From Limnochordia bacterium (GTDB lineage: Bacteria; Bacillota; Limnochordia; DTU080), in contig JBMNJG010000007.1 of assembly GCA_050951545.1 (NCBI GenBank), positions 512,001 through 576,000 of the forward strand: a DNA stretch of 64,000 nt. The letters are read 5' to 3'. Below, piece after piece: positions 9,631-20,075 of the stretch. Made by a program: the position numbers and the translations under genes. How positions within the stretch are numbered: the stretch's first letter is position 1; the number at the start of each line of letters is the position of its first letter. Below the pieces are notes generated by a model that saw nothing but the letters and a program-made list of their open reading frames with translations, made no database searches and had not been told where the DNA came from.

Positions 9631-10842
9631 ATGATGCGGTCGTTGTTTTCGGGATTGGCAGGGATGCGTACCCAGCAGCAATTCATGGATGTCATCGGCA
9701 ATAACATTGCCAATGTCAACACCGCGGGCTACAAGGCTGGGCGAGTCACCTTCGAGGATCTGCTATATGAATCGATACGTGCGGCGAGCGATGAGACCAA
9801 TCCGGTACAGGTGGGCGGGGGAGCGCGGGTGAGTAGCATTGACACGATTTTCCGGCAAGGGCACCCTCAGTCCACGGGTAACCAACATGATCTGGCGATC
9901 TCGGGTGACGGGTTCCTCGTGGTACAGACGGCCGAGGGGCAGGGCTACACCCGAGCGGGTGTGCTCAGCTTCAACACGGAAGGCTATCTCGTGCACACAG
10001 CCACTGGTAACCGCGTCATGGGATGGACGGCAGATCGTAACGGCAACGTACAGCCGGGCAGGGCCCTGAAAGAACTGCGCGCTGCTCCCGGCACGCGGGC
10101 TGAGGCCGCAGCTAGCACAGGCGTGACTTTCGAAGGCCTGTTTGATGCCCGTCTGCCCTTGGGCTCCACGGTCACGAGCGATATCACCGTTATAGATCCC
10201 CTAGGGGATAGTCGTTCGCTGGTCATCACTTTTGCTCGCGACACCACTACTGATTGGAGCTGGACCGTACCGCATCCTGTGGCTGGTCAAGGCCAACTGG
10301 CTTCCGGTACCGTTACCTTTGATGCCTTGGGGCGGGTGAGCGCGGCGACTGCGGTGTCTGATCCGATCACTCTGGACATGCAAGATGGAATCACGCCACC
10401 CTTGGACTTCACACTCGATTTCACTGTCTGCGAGCTGAGCGGTGGCGAGACAAAGGTCTCTGGGCAGCAGGTCGGAGGAATAGCCGCAGGTACTCTCAAG
10501 GAAGTGGCCATAGACGAGAGCGGGCACTTGATCGGTGTTTTCTCCAATGGTGTCAACCGGGTCTTGGGTCAGCTCGCCCTGGCCACCTTTGTCAACCCCG
10601 AAGGGCTGCAGCGGGTCTCTGGCAATCTATTCGCAGAGACGCTGAGTTCAGGTGGTGCTGATACCCGAGCTCCGGGCAAAGACCGGGGGACGCTGAACCC
10701 TGGCTACCTGGAAATGAGCAATGTCGATCTTACGCAGGAGTTCGCCTCCATGATTCTGAGTCAGAGGGCTTTTCAGGCGAACTCGCGACTGATTACAGCT
10801 GCCGACGAGCTATTGCAGGAAGTGATCAATCTGAGGCGATAA
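9631..10842 (+). CDS. flgE: Flagellar hook protein FlgE
   Basis: MMRSLFSGLAG...NNIANVNTAGYK; LEMSNVDLTQEF...QRAFQANSR; 403 aa. Confidence 0.96.
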   Translation: MMRSLFSGLAGMRTQQQFMDVIGNNIANVNTAGYKAGRVTFEDLLYESIRAASDETNPVQVGGGARVSSIDTIFRQGHPQSTGNQHDLAISGDGFLVVQTAEGQGYTRAGVLSFNTEGYLVHTATGNRVMGWTADRNGNVQPGRALKELRAAPGTRAEAAASTGVTFEGLFDARLPLGSTVTSDITVIDPLGDSRSLVITFARDTTTDWSWTVPHPVAGQGQLASGTVTFDALGRVSAATAVSDPITLDMQDGITPPLDFTLDFTVCELSGGETKVSGQQVGGIAAGTLKEVAIDESGHLIGVFSNGVNRVLGQLALATFVNPEGLQRVSGNLFAETLSSGGADTRAPGKDRGTLNPGYLEMSNVDLTQEFASMILSQRAFQANSRLITAADELLQEVINLRR

Positions 10843-10884
10843 CGCCTCGTGAGTATACCTTTACGAGGACTGGAGGGTGCGCAT

Positions 10885-11697
10885 ATGGAGATGGGCAGTC
10901 TTGCGGGTTTATTGCTTGGCGTGATCGCTTTGTCGGCAGCGATCATGACTGGGGGACATGGCCTACGCGGCTTTCTCGATCCCGTATCGGCCCTCCTTGT
11001 CGCGGGTTGCACTCTGGCGGCTACGCTGATCAACTACCCCCGCGCCCAGATTACGCAGGCGATGCGCGATGCGGCTGGGGTGTTTCAGTCTCGGCGCCAG
11101 TCACGGGCGCAGATTGCTAATCTGTTAGCTACGCTGAGCCAGCAAGCCAAACGTGAGGGTGTACTGGCCCTGGAGACTGAGATTGGCGAGTTGCCCCTTG
11201 GCATCCTGCGTCGCGGGATCCAGCGCGTTGTGGACGGCACGGTACCTGACGCTCTGGCAGAGTATCTGGAACTCGAGATCGACATGATCGAGGAGCAGGC
11301 GGCTAGATCCATAGAGGTCTTGACCTCGATGGCGGGTTACTTCCCGGCCTTTGGCATGATCGGGACGGTGGTCGGCTTGGTCAAGATGCTGTTGACCATG
11401 AAAGATCCCAGCTCCTTAGGAGCGTCAATGGGCCTGGCACTCGTCACCACCTTCTACGGCGCGGCCATGGCTAATCTGGTATGCCTCCCTATCGCAGGTC
11501 GTCTTCAGAGCCGCTGTGATGACGATCTGCTCTTGGGGCGCATGGTAGCGAGAGGTGTGATGGCTATCTCAGCCGGTGAGAATCCTTCAATCATCGAGGA
11601 GACGCTGAGCGTATTCGATCTATCTGTTGGAGACGCGGGCCAATTGAACGAGGAACAGTACGAGCCGGACGCGGCCATGAAAGCAGGGGTGCAGTAG
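10885..11697 (+). CDS. motA: Stator A subunit (MotA/PomA/MotP family)
   Basis: AKREGVLALE, PAFGMIGTVVGLV, ALVTTFYG; RBS GGAGG. Confidence 0.94.
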   Translation: MEMGSLAGLLLGVIALSAAIMTGGHGLRGFLDPVSALLVAGCTLAATLINYPRAQITQAMRDAAGVFQSRRQSRAQIANLLATLSQQAKREGVLALETEIGELPLGILRRGIQRVVDGTVPDALAEYLELEIDMIEEQAARSIEVLTSMAGYFPAFGMIGTVVGLVKMLLTMKDPSSLGASMGLALVTTFYGAAMANLVCLPIAGRLQSRCDDDLLLGRMVARGVMAISAGENPSIIEETLSVFDLSVGDAGQLNEEQYEPDAAMKAGVQ

Positions 11698-12429
11698 ATG
11701 CGTCGGCGTAGATCAGCAGACAAGCCTGGCTCTCCCTTGTGGATGACGACCTATGCCGATATGGTGACCAATCTACTGGCTCTGTTTGTGCTGCTCTATG
11801 CGTTTTCGGAGCTGGATGTGCAGAGGTTCCAGTCGATCATTACGTCTTTTCAAGCCCATGCGGGTGTGCTGAGTGGCAGCCTGGTCGTCGGCGAGCCGGA
11901 TGCCAGAGTTGTACCGACCGATCGACGGGGCAGGGACGAGATCGTGTTGCTTCTTGAGCAGTGGGTGCACCGCGAAAACCTGGCAGGCGCAGTGGAGATC
12001 GTCCCTTCGCAAGAGGGCGTGACACTGAGCTTCATTGACCGAGTGCTCTTTGATTCGGGCAAGGCCGATCTGCGCCCAGATTCGCGTCGGATTCTCGCCA
12101 GTTTGGGTGAGCTTCTGAGTGGTCTAGACAACCAGGTGCGCATCGAGGGGCATACCGACAATGTACCAATCAGTAACGCACAATTCCCCTCCAACTGGGA
12201 GCTGTCGGTCTACCGAGCTTCGACGGTGGTGCGTTTTCTGGAGGATGCCGCTGTAATAAGCTCTGAACGGCTGTCTGCGGTTGGCTATGGCGAGTACCGA
12301 CCAGTCATGTCGAACAAGACGGCTGCAGAAAGGCGGCGCAATCGGCGGGTTGATGTTATTGTGCTGGTCGATGTCTCTGACGCACTACCTACCGAAGCCA
12401 CACAGACGAAAAGAGAGGACGACACCTAA
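11698..12429 (+). CDS. motB: Stator B subunit (MotB/PomB/MotS family)
   Basis: WMTTYADMVTNLLALFVLL TM; OmpA-like domain EGHTDNVP..NWELS..RA..NRRV. Confidence 0.95.
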   Translation: MRRRRSADKPGSPLWMTTYADMVTNLLALFVLLYAFSELDVQRFQSIITSFQAHAGVLSGSLVVGEPDARVVPTDRRGRDEIVLLLEQWVHRENLAGAVEIVPSQEGVTLSFIDRVLFDSGKADLRPDSRRILASLGELLSGLDNQVRIEGHTDNVPISNAQFPSNWELSVYRASTVVRFLEDAAVISSERLSAVGYGEYRPVMSNKTAAERRRNRRVDVIVLVDVSDALPTEATQTKREDDT

Positions 12430-12435
12430 CCTACC

Positions 12436-12867
12436 ATGCCGAAAAGACGCAGTTTCTTCTTCTGGGCCGCCGTCGTGTTCATAGTGGCTGCTATGGCGGG
12501 TGCCTATGGGACCACGCGCCTGTTAGGGGCTGAGGGGCACCAACGTACGGAGGCAAAGAAAGGGCCAATGTTTGAGGTCGGAGTGTTCACGGTGGATCTA
12601 GAGCCTGAGGGGCGTAGCCTCGGTCGGTTACTGCGCGTAGCGGTGGTGTTAGAGGCCTCCTCGGCCCAAGCGCTACGGCGGATAGAGGGACGTAGCGCTG
12701 AGGTGAAGCACGCTATTGTCTCCGTTTTGCGCGGTCGCGGTGCCTCTTCACTGACCGGACAGAAGGGCATGACTTCGCTGCAAACAGAGATTCGGGACTC
12801 TCTGAATGCTGTTATTGGCGATGGCGTGGTCACCGATGTCTACTTTCCAGAATTCGTGATGCAGTGA
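12436..12867 (+). CDS. fliL: FliL
   Basis: N-terminal TM, FTVDL, ends VTDVYFPEFVMQ. Confidence 0.9.
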   Translation: MPKRRSFFFWAAVVFIVAAMAGAYGTTRLLGAEGHQRTEAKKGPMFEVGVFTVDLEPEGRSLGRLLRVAVVLEASSAQALRRIEGRSAEVKHAIVSVLRGRGASSLTGQKGMTSLQTEIRDSLNAVIGDGVVTDVYFPEFVMQ

Positions 12868-12891
12868 GTTTCCTGTGGTGGTGAGGTAGTA

Positions 12892-13893
12892 ATGGCAGGT
12901 GCATCGACGCGCTTGACGCCTGAGGAGATCAGTCTCTTGCTTGGCGCGAGGGGGACGATCATCGCTGATTCAAGCGACGCAGCGGGCGCCACGCCCTTTG
13001 ATTTCCGCCGGCAAGAGAAGATGTCCAAAGAAAACGAACAGGGGCTACGGCTGGTGCAGGGTAGTTTCGCTCGCCACCTGGCAGGTTCGTTATCGACGCT
13101 GTTGCGCAGTGTCGTTCGTGTGGAGATGAAAGAGCTGATGGAGGGTTCCTATGAGGCATTCACCTCTGATCTCCCAGGGACATGTCTGATGGCGGTGTGC
13201 AGTCTGTCGCCCCTGGAGGGCAAGATTCTCTTTGTCCTAGATCCGGAGCTGTGTCTGGTCTTAGTGGATCGGCTCATGGGAGGTCAGGGGGATGCACCGG
13301 GGCACGTGCGCGAACTCACTGAGATCGAAACGGTGCTGCTCCGTAGGGTTGTAGAGCGCATGCTGGGCTGCCTTCAGGAGGCCCTGGGCAGCATAGTCAC
13401 CGTCAAACCAGCTATTGACCAGATGGAGACCAGCCCTCACTTTGTGCAGTTGGCTTCAGGCTCCGACGCTGCTGTAGTATCCACGTTCTCTATGTCAGTG
13501 CGGACCGCCGAGGGCAAGGTTAGCCTGTGCATGCCCTACCACATGCTCAAGCCCATTATCCCTCGCTTGCACGAGCATTTCTGGTTTCGGGATCACGACA
13601 AGCCCGTTGACGGGAATGCTGAGTCACCGCAGACGCGGGAGCATGTACTTCATACCCCCGTCGAACTACGGGCAGTGCTCGGAGAGGCTCGGATCTCTGT
13701 CGCGGAACTGATCGATCTGCAGCGGGGGGATTGCATAGTGCTCGATAGGCAAGAGGCTGGGGAGCTACCGTTGTTGGTGGCTGGCAAGGATCGCTTGTGG
13801 GGGCGTCTGGGTGTGGCTGGGCGCTCATATGCGGTCGTTGTGACACGTTGGCAGGACGACCCACCTATAGGAAGCGAGGACGAACAGACATGA
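12892..13893 (+). CDS. fliM: Motor switch protein FliM
   Basis: PFDFRR, DRLMGGQG, RELTEIE, C-terminal SpoA domain. Confidence 0.94.
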   Translation: MAGASTRLTPEEISLLLGARGTIIADSSDAAGATPFDFRRQEKMSKENEQGLRLVQGSFARHLAGSLSTLLRSVVRVEMKELMEGSYEAFTSDLPGTCLMAVCSLSPLEGKILFVLDPELCLVLVDRLMGGQGDAPGHVRELTEIETVLLRRVVERMLGCLQEALGSIVTVKPAIDQMETSPHFVQLASGSDAAVVSTFSMSVRTAEGKVSLCMPYHMLKPIIPRLHEHFWFRDHDKPVDGNAESPQTREHVLHTPVELRAVLGEARISVAELIDLQRGDCIVLDRQEAGELPLLVAGKDRLWGRLGVAGRSYAVVVTRWQDDPPIGSEDEQT

Positions 13894-14736
13894 CAGCATC
13901 TGAGAGCACTTTGGTGGCCCACTGGCAGCCTTCGGCCCAGGCAGTTGTCGAGCAGCTGACGGATCTTTTCGGCGCCCGGCTAGTGATGGGTGAAGCCGAT
14001 GTTGCGGCGGGCTCTTGGGGCGAGTTGACGAGGCAGTTGCCTGTGAGTGCTACTGTAGTGGAGGTCATTCTTGATGGAGCGCACCAGGGTTCCTTGTCTA
14101 TCGTGTGGGCGGTGAGCGATACGAGCGGCCCGGCCTCGTGGCTGGGTCATTCCAGCGTGCGTGAGGGTCTTTGGGAGGCCATCTCCTCGGGCATCTCTCT
14201 AGGTTTTGGGGGCGGTGTCACTGTCGTGCCGAGCGGTGACCCGTGGAGCATATCTGATGGCAAGGTGCCTGCCAGAGCCGACGAGACCAATCTGCTGGTG
14301 GCTTGGGAAGCAGGCGGTGATGGCGTTTCACTTTATCTCGGTTTCGTCTTGCAGCAGTCTGCAGCGCGCGAGACGCAGGAGCCGGAGTCTTCTGAACCTG
14401 CACGCAAGGTGCCGACGCGGCCAGCACGGCTGCCTGCTCTGAAAGCTGAGCCCGCAGAGAGGCGATCGCCGTGATCTGGCACTGATCATGGACTTGCCGC
14501 TGCGGCTCACAGTAGAGATCGGAAGAACGCAACTGCTGATCAAGGATGTGCTGGCCCTAGGAAAAGGATCCGTGGTGGAGCTTAATCGCCTGGCAGGTGA
14601 GCCAGTGGATGTCTTAGTGAACGGCAGGCTGCTGGCCAAGGGCGAGGTCGTGGTACTTCCTGACGGTAACTTTGGAGTGCGTATGGTAGAGATCTCAGGC
14701 TCCAGTGATCGCCTGAGAAGTCTGCAGGACGAGTGA
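13890..14736 (+). CDS. fliY: FliY/FliN, split by a +1 frameshift near 14460 (ORFs 13890-14474 and 14488-14736)
   Basis: SpoA domain DLALIMDLPLRLTVEIGRT...GEPVDVLVNGRLLAKGEVVV is open upstream of its ATG in the +1 frame; degenerate N-terminal domain. Confidence 0.8.
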
Positions 14737-15065
14737 CTATGGAGACGATGACGTTTGTTAAGGTCCTGCTGTTCATGGCCTGCCTGCTGATCGCCGCACG
14801 TCTGGTGCTTGTCTTGCATGAGCGCGGCTGGCTAACCAGCAAGAGAGTGCGTCATCTGCGGCTGCTGGACTCCCTGCAGCTGGGGCCAGAGCGCTCAGTG
14901 CACGTGGTAGAAGTGGATGACCGGCGCCTTGTGTTGGGCGCCAGTCGGGGCGCGATCACCGTCCTCTTGCAGATGCCAGCTGCAGCAGAGCCGCAGCTGG
15001 GCTGTGAACCGTTACCGCACAGGGAGGTGGATCCGAGTGCAACGACCATTCCTCCGGGGGCGTGA
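14733..15065 (+). CDS. fliO: FliO/FliZ
   Basis: TM followed by LRLLDSLQLGPERSVHVVEV..LVLG. Confidence 0.88.
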   Translation: MTMETMTFVKVLLFMACLLIAARLVLVLHERGWLTSKRVRHLRLLDSLQLGPERSVHVVEVDDRRLVLGASRGAITVLLQMPAAAEPQLGCEPLPHREVDPSATTIPPGA

Positions 15066-15066
15066 T

Positions 15067-15822
15067 GTGGGCCGCTTGACTACCTGGCTTTTGGTTCTCA
15101 GCGCATGGGCTGCGCCTGTCGCCTGGGCACAGAGCGTGGCTGTGCCTCGGGTCACGTTGGCCTTTGGTGCAGCCGAAGAGCCCCAGGATCTGGTGCTGAG
15201 CCTGCAGGTCATCATCCTGTTGACGATTCTCGCCCTGGCGCCATCAATACTGGTCCTGCTGACATCCTTCACGCGGACAGTGGTTGTGCTTTCTTTCACA
15301 CGGACCGCATTGGGCACAAATCAGATGCCCCCCAACCAGGTGCTTATCGGTTTGGCGCTATTTCTCACTCTGTTCACCATGGCGCCCACGTTGCAGCAGA
15401 TCAATAGCAGCGCGCTGCAGCCGTATCTTGCGGGTGAGCTAGAGTTTCGGGCCGCTGGCCAGTTGGCTCAGCGACCCCTGCGGGCGTTCATGTTGCAGCA
15501 TACGCGGGAAAAGGACTTGCATCTGTTCCTGGAGATGGCTGGAGACGAGCCCCCGGCAGACCCTCACGAGGTGGGCACCCATGTCCTCATACCAGCCTTT
15601 GTGATCAGTGAGCTCAAGAGTGCCTTTCAGATGGGTTTCGTGCTCTACATACCTTTCATTGTGATCGATATGATCGTTGCCAGCGTGCTTCTCTCACTAG
15701 GGATGATGATGCTGCCGCCCATGATGATCTCGCTGCCGCTGAAGATTCTTCTGTTTGTGCTTGCCGATGGCTGGCATCTTGTGGTGCGTTCGATTCTGCT
15801 GAGCTACCAGGTGGGGGGGTAG
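15067..15822 (+). CDS. fliP: Export gate FliP
   Basis: LTSFTRTVVVL, QMPPNQVLIGLALFLT, GMMMLPP. Confidence 0.97.
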   Translation: MGRLTTWLLVLSAWAAPVAWAQSVAVPRVTLAFGAAEEPQDLVLSLQVIILLTILALAPSILVLLTSFTRTVVVLSFTRTALGTNQMPPNQVLIGLALFLTLFTMAPTLQQINSSALQPYLAGELEFRAAGQLAQRPLRAFMLQHTREKDLHLFLEMAGDEPPADPHEVGTHVLIPAFVISELKSAFQMGFVLYIPFIVIDMIVASVLLSLGMMMLPPMMISLPLKILLFVLADGWHLVVRSILLSYQVGG

Positions 15823-15826
15823 GGCC

Positions 15827-16096
15827 GTGACAGATGGGGAGGCCGTGCGCTTGGGTAGAGAGGCCCTGATCACCGTCTTGGCAGTGGCTGGGCCCGTACT
15901 GGGGTTGGGGCTGATCACGGGGCTCATAGTCAGCATCGTTCAGGCAGTGACGCAGATTCAAGAGCAGACGCTGAGTTTCGTGCCCAAGATACTGGCGGCT
16001 TTGGTGGCCATCGCCATCTTTGGTCCGTGGATGCTGCACAAACTCGTCGATTACGCCGTAACGCTTCTGTCTGCCATGCCGCAGTACGTACGATGA
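15827..16096 (+). CDS. fliQ: Export gate FliQ
   Basis: QAVTQIQEQTLSFVPKI. Confidence 0.97.
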   Translation: MTDGEAVRLGREALITVLAVAGPVLGLGLITGLIVSIVQAVTQIQEQTLSFVPKILAALVAIAIFGPWMLHKLVDYAVTLLSAMPQYVR

Positions 16097-16881
16097 ACAC
16101 GGTCTGGTTTTCGGAGGCTGTGGTGGAGAGCTTACTGGCCTCCTTGCCAGTCTTTGGTCGCATTCTAGGCCTGATTGTGGGTTCTCCCGTGTTAGGTCAG
16201 AAAGGGGTTCCAGTGCAGACCAAAGTGGGTTTGAGTCTATTGCTCACCGCCCTTCTTGCCCCCCATACGGCTGTACCTATGAAGTTGAACATGCTGCAGC
16301 GGGCCGCACTATGCGGTGAGGAGTTGGTGGTCGGGTTATGCATGGGGTTTGTGGCCAGGATGATCTTTGTCGCCGTACAGGTGGCTGGTCAGTTTGTGGA
16401 GGTGCCCATAGGTTTGGGCATGTCCGGTGTCCTGGATCTCACTGGAGGGGCACGGGTGCCGCTTTTTGGTCAGTTTTACTACTTCCTGATCGCCATGGTC
16501 TTTCTCACTGTCGATGGTCATCTGGCTGTGCTGCGGGCGCTGGGCGACAGCTTCCGGCTTCTGCCTCCGGGCAGTCCGCTGTGGGGAGAGGGGGCTGTCC
16601 AAGTGATCATCAAGGCCTTTGCTGACATGTTTTTGGCGGGAGTGGCGGTTGCCATACCCATTCTGGCGGCCGTTCTGGTGACGGATACGGTCTTGGCCCT
16701 GGCCAACCGAGCCGTTCCTCAGCTCAGCATTTTCTCCATCGGCTTCCCGTTGAAGACGGCTGTCGGACTGTTAGCGGCTATGGTCTCCTTGCCTTTTCTG
16801 ATCCATTGGGCCGTAGGTGCGTTGGGGCCGGAAGGTGCGCTTATCGCTCAGGTATACGGCTTTCTGCAGGGCCTGCGTTAG
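16093..16881 (+). CDS. fliR: Export gate FliR
   Basis: Polytopic; ELVVGL, AGQFV, DGHL, RAVPQLSIFSIGFPLK. Confidence 0.95.
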   Translation: MNTVWFSEAVVESLLASLPVFGRILGLIVGSPVLGQKGVPVQTKVGLSLLLTALLAPHTAVPMKLNMLQRAALCGEELVVGLCMGFVARMIFVAVQVAGQFVEVPIGLGMSGVLDLTGGARVPLFGQFYYFLIAMVFLTVDGHLAVLRALGDSFRLLPPGSPLWGEGAVQVIIKAFADMFLAGVAVAIPILAAVLVTDTVLALANRAVPQLSIFSIGFPLKTAVGLLAAMVSLPFLIHWAVGALGPEGALIAQVYGFLQGLR

Positions 16882-16887
16882 TGAGGT

Positions 16888-17970
16888 GTGACGATGCCGC
16901 CTGATGTCGGTGGGGAGCGCACAGAACCCGCAACTCCCAAAAGACGGCAGGAGGTACGCAAGAAGGGGCAATTTGCGCGTACTGCGGAGTTGGGACCAGC
17001 GCTGATCTTGCTGGGGGCCTATGCTGTGCTGAAAAGCCGCGGCCGGGCGATGGGCGAAGCGGCAGTGCGAATGCTACGGTACGGGATCTCGGCCGCCGCA
17101 GAGAGCGAAGCGCTGACCCCGAGCACGGTTGGCGCCCTACTGATTCCGCAGGTGGTGGCGGCCGGGAAGATTCTGGGGCCACTTCTCGTCGCTACGGCGG
17201 GCGCGGCCTTGGCGGGTCAGCTCTTCCAGGTCGGTTTCGTCTTGGCCAGCGTGCCGCTCAAGCCAGATTGGCATCGGGTGAATCCGCTGGAGGGGATGAA
17301 GCGCCTGCTGAGCAGGCGAGCACTCGTAGAGCTGGTTCGGAGCCTGCTCAAAGTGGGCGCTATCGGTCTGTTGGGCTGGCCAGTACTGCGGGAGACTCTG
17401 TTGGCGGTGCCCGAGTGGATGGAGAGTTCGCCAGCACAAGCAGCTGCGGCTACGGGAGCTTTGGTTGGCAGACTGACCACGAGGGTGGGAGCAGCTTTCG
17501 TTGTAGTCGCGGTGGCTGACTACATCTACCAGCGATGGGACCACGAAAAGAGCATCCGCATGACTCGGAAGGAAGTGGAAGAGGAGCTGCGAGAGAGCGA
17601 GGGCGACCCGCAAATCCGTGGCCGCATACGGCAACGGCAGCGCAAGTTGGCCATGAGTCGCATGCTCAAAGAGGTGGAACGAGCTGACGTCGTGGTCACC
17701 AACCCTGTGCACGTGGCGGTCGCCTTACGCTACGACGCGGAGCGGATGGCGGCCCCCGTGATCACTGCTCGCGGGGCCGGGGAGCTCGCCCAGCGGATCA
17801 AGCAGGTGGCTGAGCAGCATCGGGTGCCCGTGGTGCGCCATGAGACGCTAGCCAGAGGGCTCTACTACGGTGCGGATGTAGGAGAACAGGTGCCGCTAGA
17901 GTTGTTTCAGGCGGTGGCTGAGGTGCTGGCTTATGTGTACAGGTTGCGGGGCAGAAACGGCAGGCAGTAG
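16888..17970 (+). CDS. flhB: FlhB
   Basis: ERTEPATPKR, EGDPQIR, autocleavage variant TNPVH. Confidence 0.96.
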   Translation: MTMPPDVGGERTEPATPKRRQEVRKKGQFARTAELGPALILLGAYAVLKSRGRAMGEAAVRMLRYGISAAAESEALTPSTVGALLIPQVVAAGKILGPLLVATAGAALAGQLFQVGFVLASVPLKPDWHRVNPLEGMKRLLSRRALVELVRSLLKVGAIGLLGWPVLRETLLAVPEWMESSPAQAAAATGALVGRLTTRVGAAFVVVAVADYIYQRWDHEKSIRMTRKEVEEELRESEGDPQIRGRIRQRQRKLAMSRMLKEVERADVVVTNPVHVAVALRYDAERMAAPVITARGAGELAQRIKQVAEQHRVPVVRHETLARGLYYGADVGEQVPLELFQAVAEVLAYVYRLRGRNGRQ

Positions 17971-17987
17971 CTGAAAGGAGGAGCTAA

Positions 17988-20075
17988 ATGGCGGAGAGCA
18001 GGCAAGAGAGCATGCTGGGCAGGGGGCTGCAACACGCCGACATCTTCACGGTGTTGGTGGTGGTGCTCATCCTCGTCATGATGATCTTTCCTCTGCCTGC
18101 CGCGATTCTGGACGTTTTTCTGGCGCTGAATATCAGCCTAGCACTGCTGGTCTTGCTCCTGACCATGAATGTGCATCACCCGTTGGAGCTCTCTGCCTTT
18201 CCATCGCTGCTGCTTCTGCTCACTCTCTTTCGCTTGGCGCTTAACGTATCATCGACAAGACTGCTGTTGCTGCACGGATATGCAGGACAGCTTATTCAAG
18301 CCTTTGGCAACTTCGTGATTGGCGGCAACTACGTCGTGGGCTTTGTGGTCTTTCTCATTTTGGTTGTGATCCAGTTCATTGTTATCACCAAAGGGTCCGA
18401 ACGAGTAGCGGAGGTAGCAGCTCGCTTTACGCTCGACGCCATGCCCGGCAAGCAGATGAGCGTCGATGCGGATCTCAATTCGGGACTGATGACCCAGGAG
18501 CAGGCCCGCAGGCGTCGCTGGCAGATCCAGCAGGAGGCCGATTTCTATGGAGCCATGGATGGAGCCAGCAAGTTCGTGAAAGGCGATGCTATAGCGGGTT
18601 TGGTGATCACTGCCATCAATATTCTGGGCGGTCTGGCTGTGGGCGTAGGTCAGCGCGGCTTGGCCTTAGGCGAGGCTTTGCAGAAGTACACGCTGCTGAC
18701 GGTAGGCGACGGTCTGGTAAGCCAGGTGCCAGCCCTCCTGGTCTCCACGGCTACGGGGATCATTATCACGCGGGCGGCATCGGAGAACAACCTGGGCGAA
18801 GATCTGGCCACCCAACTGCTATTTCAGCCGCGAGTGTTGAAGACTGCCGGGGCGGTCATGGCCTTCTTTGGCATCATCCCAGGCCTGCCTGCGCTACCTT
18901 TTGTGGTTATTGGTGGCCTAGCCTATGCACTGGGATTGGTTCTGGGACGCGCGGCTGCCAGTCGTGAGGTGGAAGAGGTACGACAGGAGGCCGCCCAACG
19001 GCTCGAAGAGAGCAAACGGCCGGAAGCGGTCTTGTCGCTGTTACAGAACGATCGGATGGAGCTGGAGATTGGCTACGGGTTGATCGGTCTGGTGGACGCA
19101 GACCAAGGGGGCGATGTTCTTGAACGGATCACTCTGGTTCGCCGCCAGATCGCTCTGGATCTGGGGATCGTGGTTCCGGCCATTCGCATCCGTGACAATA
19201 TGCAGCTGGCCCCCAACGGCTATGTCATCCGAGTGACGGGATTGGAGGCTGGGCGGGGCGAGCTGCTGCTCGATCGCTTGCTGGCTATGGGGCCCGATTT
19301 GGAGAGTGTGGAGGGACTGGAAGGGATCCCCGGCAAAGACCCGGCCTTTGGCTTACCAGCGCTCTGGATCGCGGTACGCCACCGTTTTCAGGCTGAGGAG
19401 GCTGGCCTCACCGTGGTCGAACCTGCGGCAGTATTGGCCACGCATCTCACCCAGGTGATCCGGACCAACGCTCCGGAACTGTTGGGCAGAAGCGAGACTA
19501 AGATGCTTCTGGACGCCCTGAGGCCTGACAATGCGTCCTTGGTTGATGAGATCATCCCTGACATTCTGACTTTAGGGGAAGTCCAGAAGGTGCTGCAGAG
19601 TTTGCTGCGAGAAGGCGTCGCTATCCGCAATCTGGTGGTTATCTTGGAGACCTTGGCCGACCATGGGCGGCAAGTGAAAGAGCCAGAGGCCTTGACCGAG
19701 GTGGTACGCGAGAGCCTGGCGCGTCAGTTATCACAGCAGTATGCCACGGCAGACGGGCACCTGCTCGCCCTCGCTTTGGATCCCCAAGTGGAGGAAGAGC
19801 TGCTAGACCTACTCAGTCAGGGCAACCAGGGCGGGGGCATTGCCTGGGAGCCTGGCCGGGCTCAGGCTTTCATAGAGAAGGTGTCGACGGAGACGCGGGC
19901 GGCCATGGCGCGGGGTGAGCAGCCGGTCCTGTTGGCGCCGCCTTCATTGCGTCTGCCGCTGCGGTTGCTTCTGCAACGGACACTACCCTCGTTGCCAGTG
20001 CTCTCCTATAACGAGGTGATACCTGAGTTGGCGGTGCAGATTTTGGGGATGGTTGGGTTGGCTCATGCGGATTAA
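17988..20075 (+). CDS. flhA: FlhA
   Basis: RVAEVAARFTLDAMPGKQM, DFYGAMDGASKFVKGD. Confidence 0.98.
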   Translation: MAESRQESMLGRGLQHADIFTVLVVVLILVMMIFPLPAAILDVFLALNISLALLVLLLTMNVHHPLELSAFPSLLLLLTLFRLALNVSSTRLLLLHGYAGQLIQAFGNFVIGGNYVVGFVVFLILVVIQFIVITKGSERVAEVAARFTLDAMPGKQMSVDADLNSGLMTQEQARRRRWQIQQEADFYGAMDGASKFVKGDAIAGLVITAINILGGLAVGVGQRGLALGEALQKYTLLTVGDGLVSQVPALLVSTATGIIITRAASENNLGEDLATQLLFQPRVLKTAGAVMAFFGIIPGLPALPFVVIGGLAYALGLVLGRAAASREVEEVRQEAAQRLEESKRPEAVLSLLQNDRMELEIGYGLIGLVDADQGGDVLERITLVRRQIALDLGIVVPAIRIRDNMQLAPNGYVIRVTGLEAGRGELLLDRLLAMGPDLESVEGLEGIPGKDPAFGLPALWIAVRHRFQAEEAGLTVVEPAAVLATHLTQVIRTNAPELLGRSETKMLLDALRPDNASLVDEIIPDILTLGEVQKVLQSLLREGVAIRNLVVILETLADHGRQVKEPEALTEVVRESLARQLSQQYATADGHLLALALDPQVEEELLDLLSQGNQGGGIAWEPGRAQAFIEKVSTETRAAMARGEQPVLLAPPSLRLPLRLLLQRTLPSLPVLSYNEVIPELAVQILGMVGLAHAD

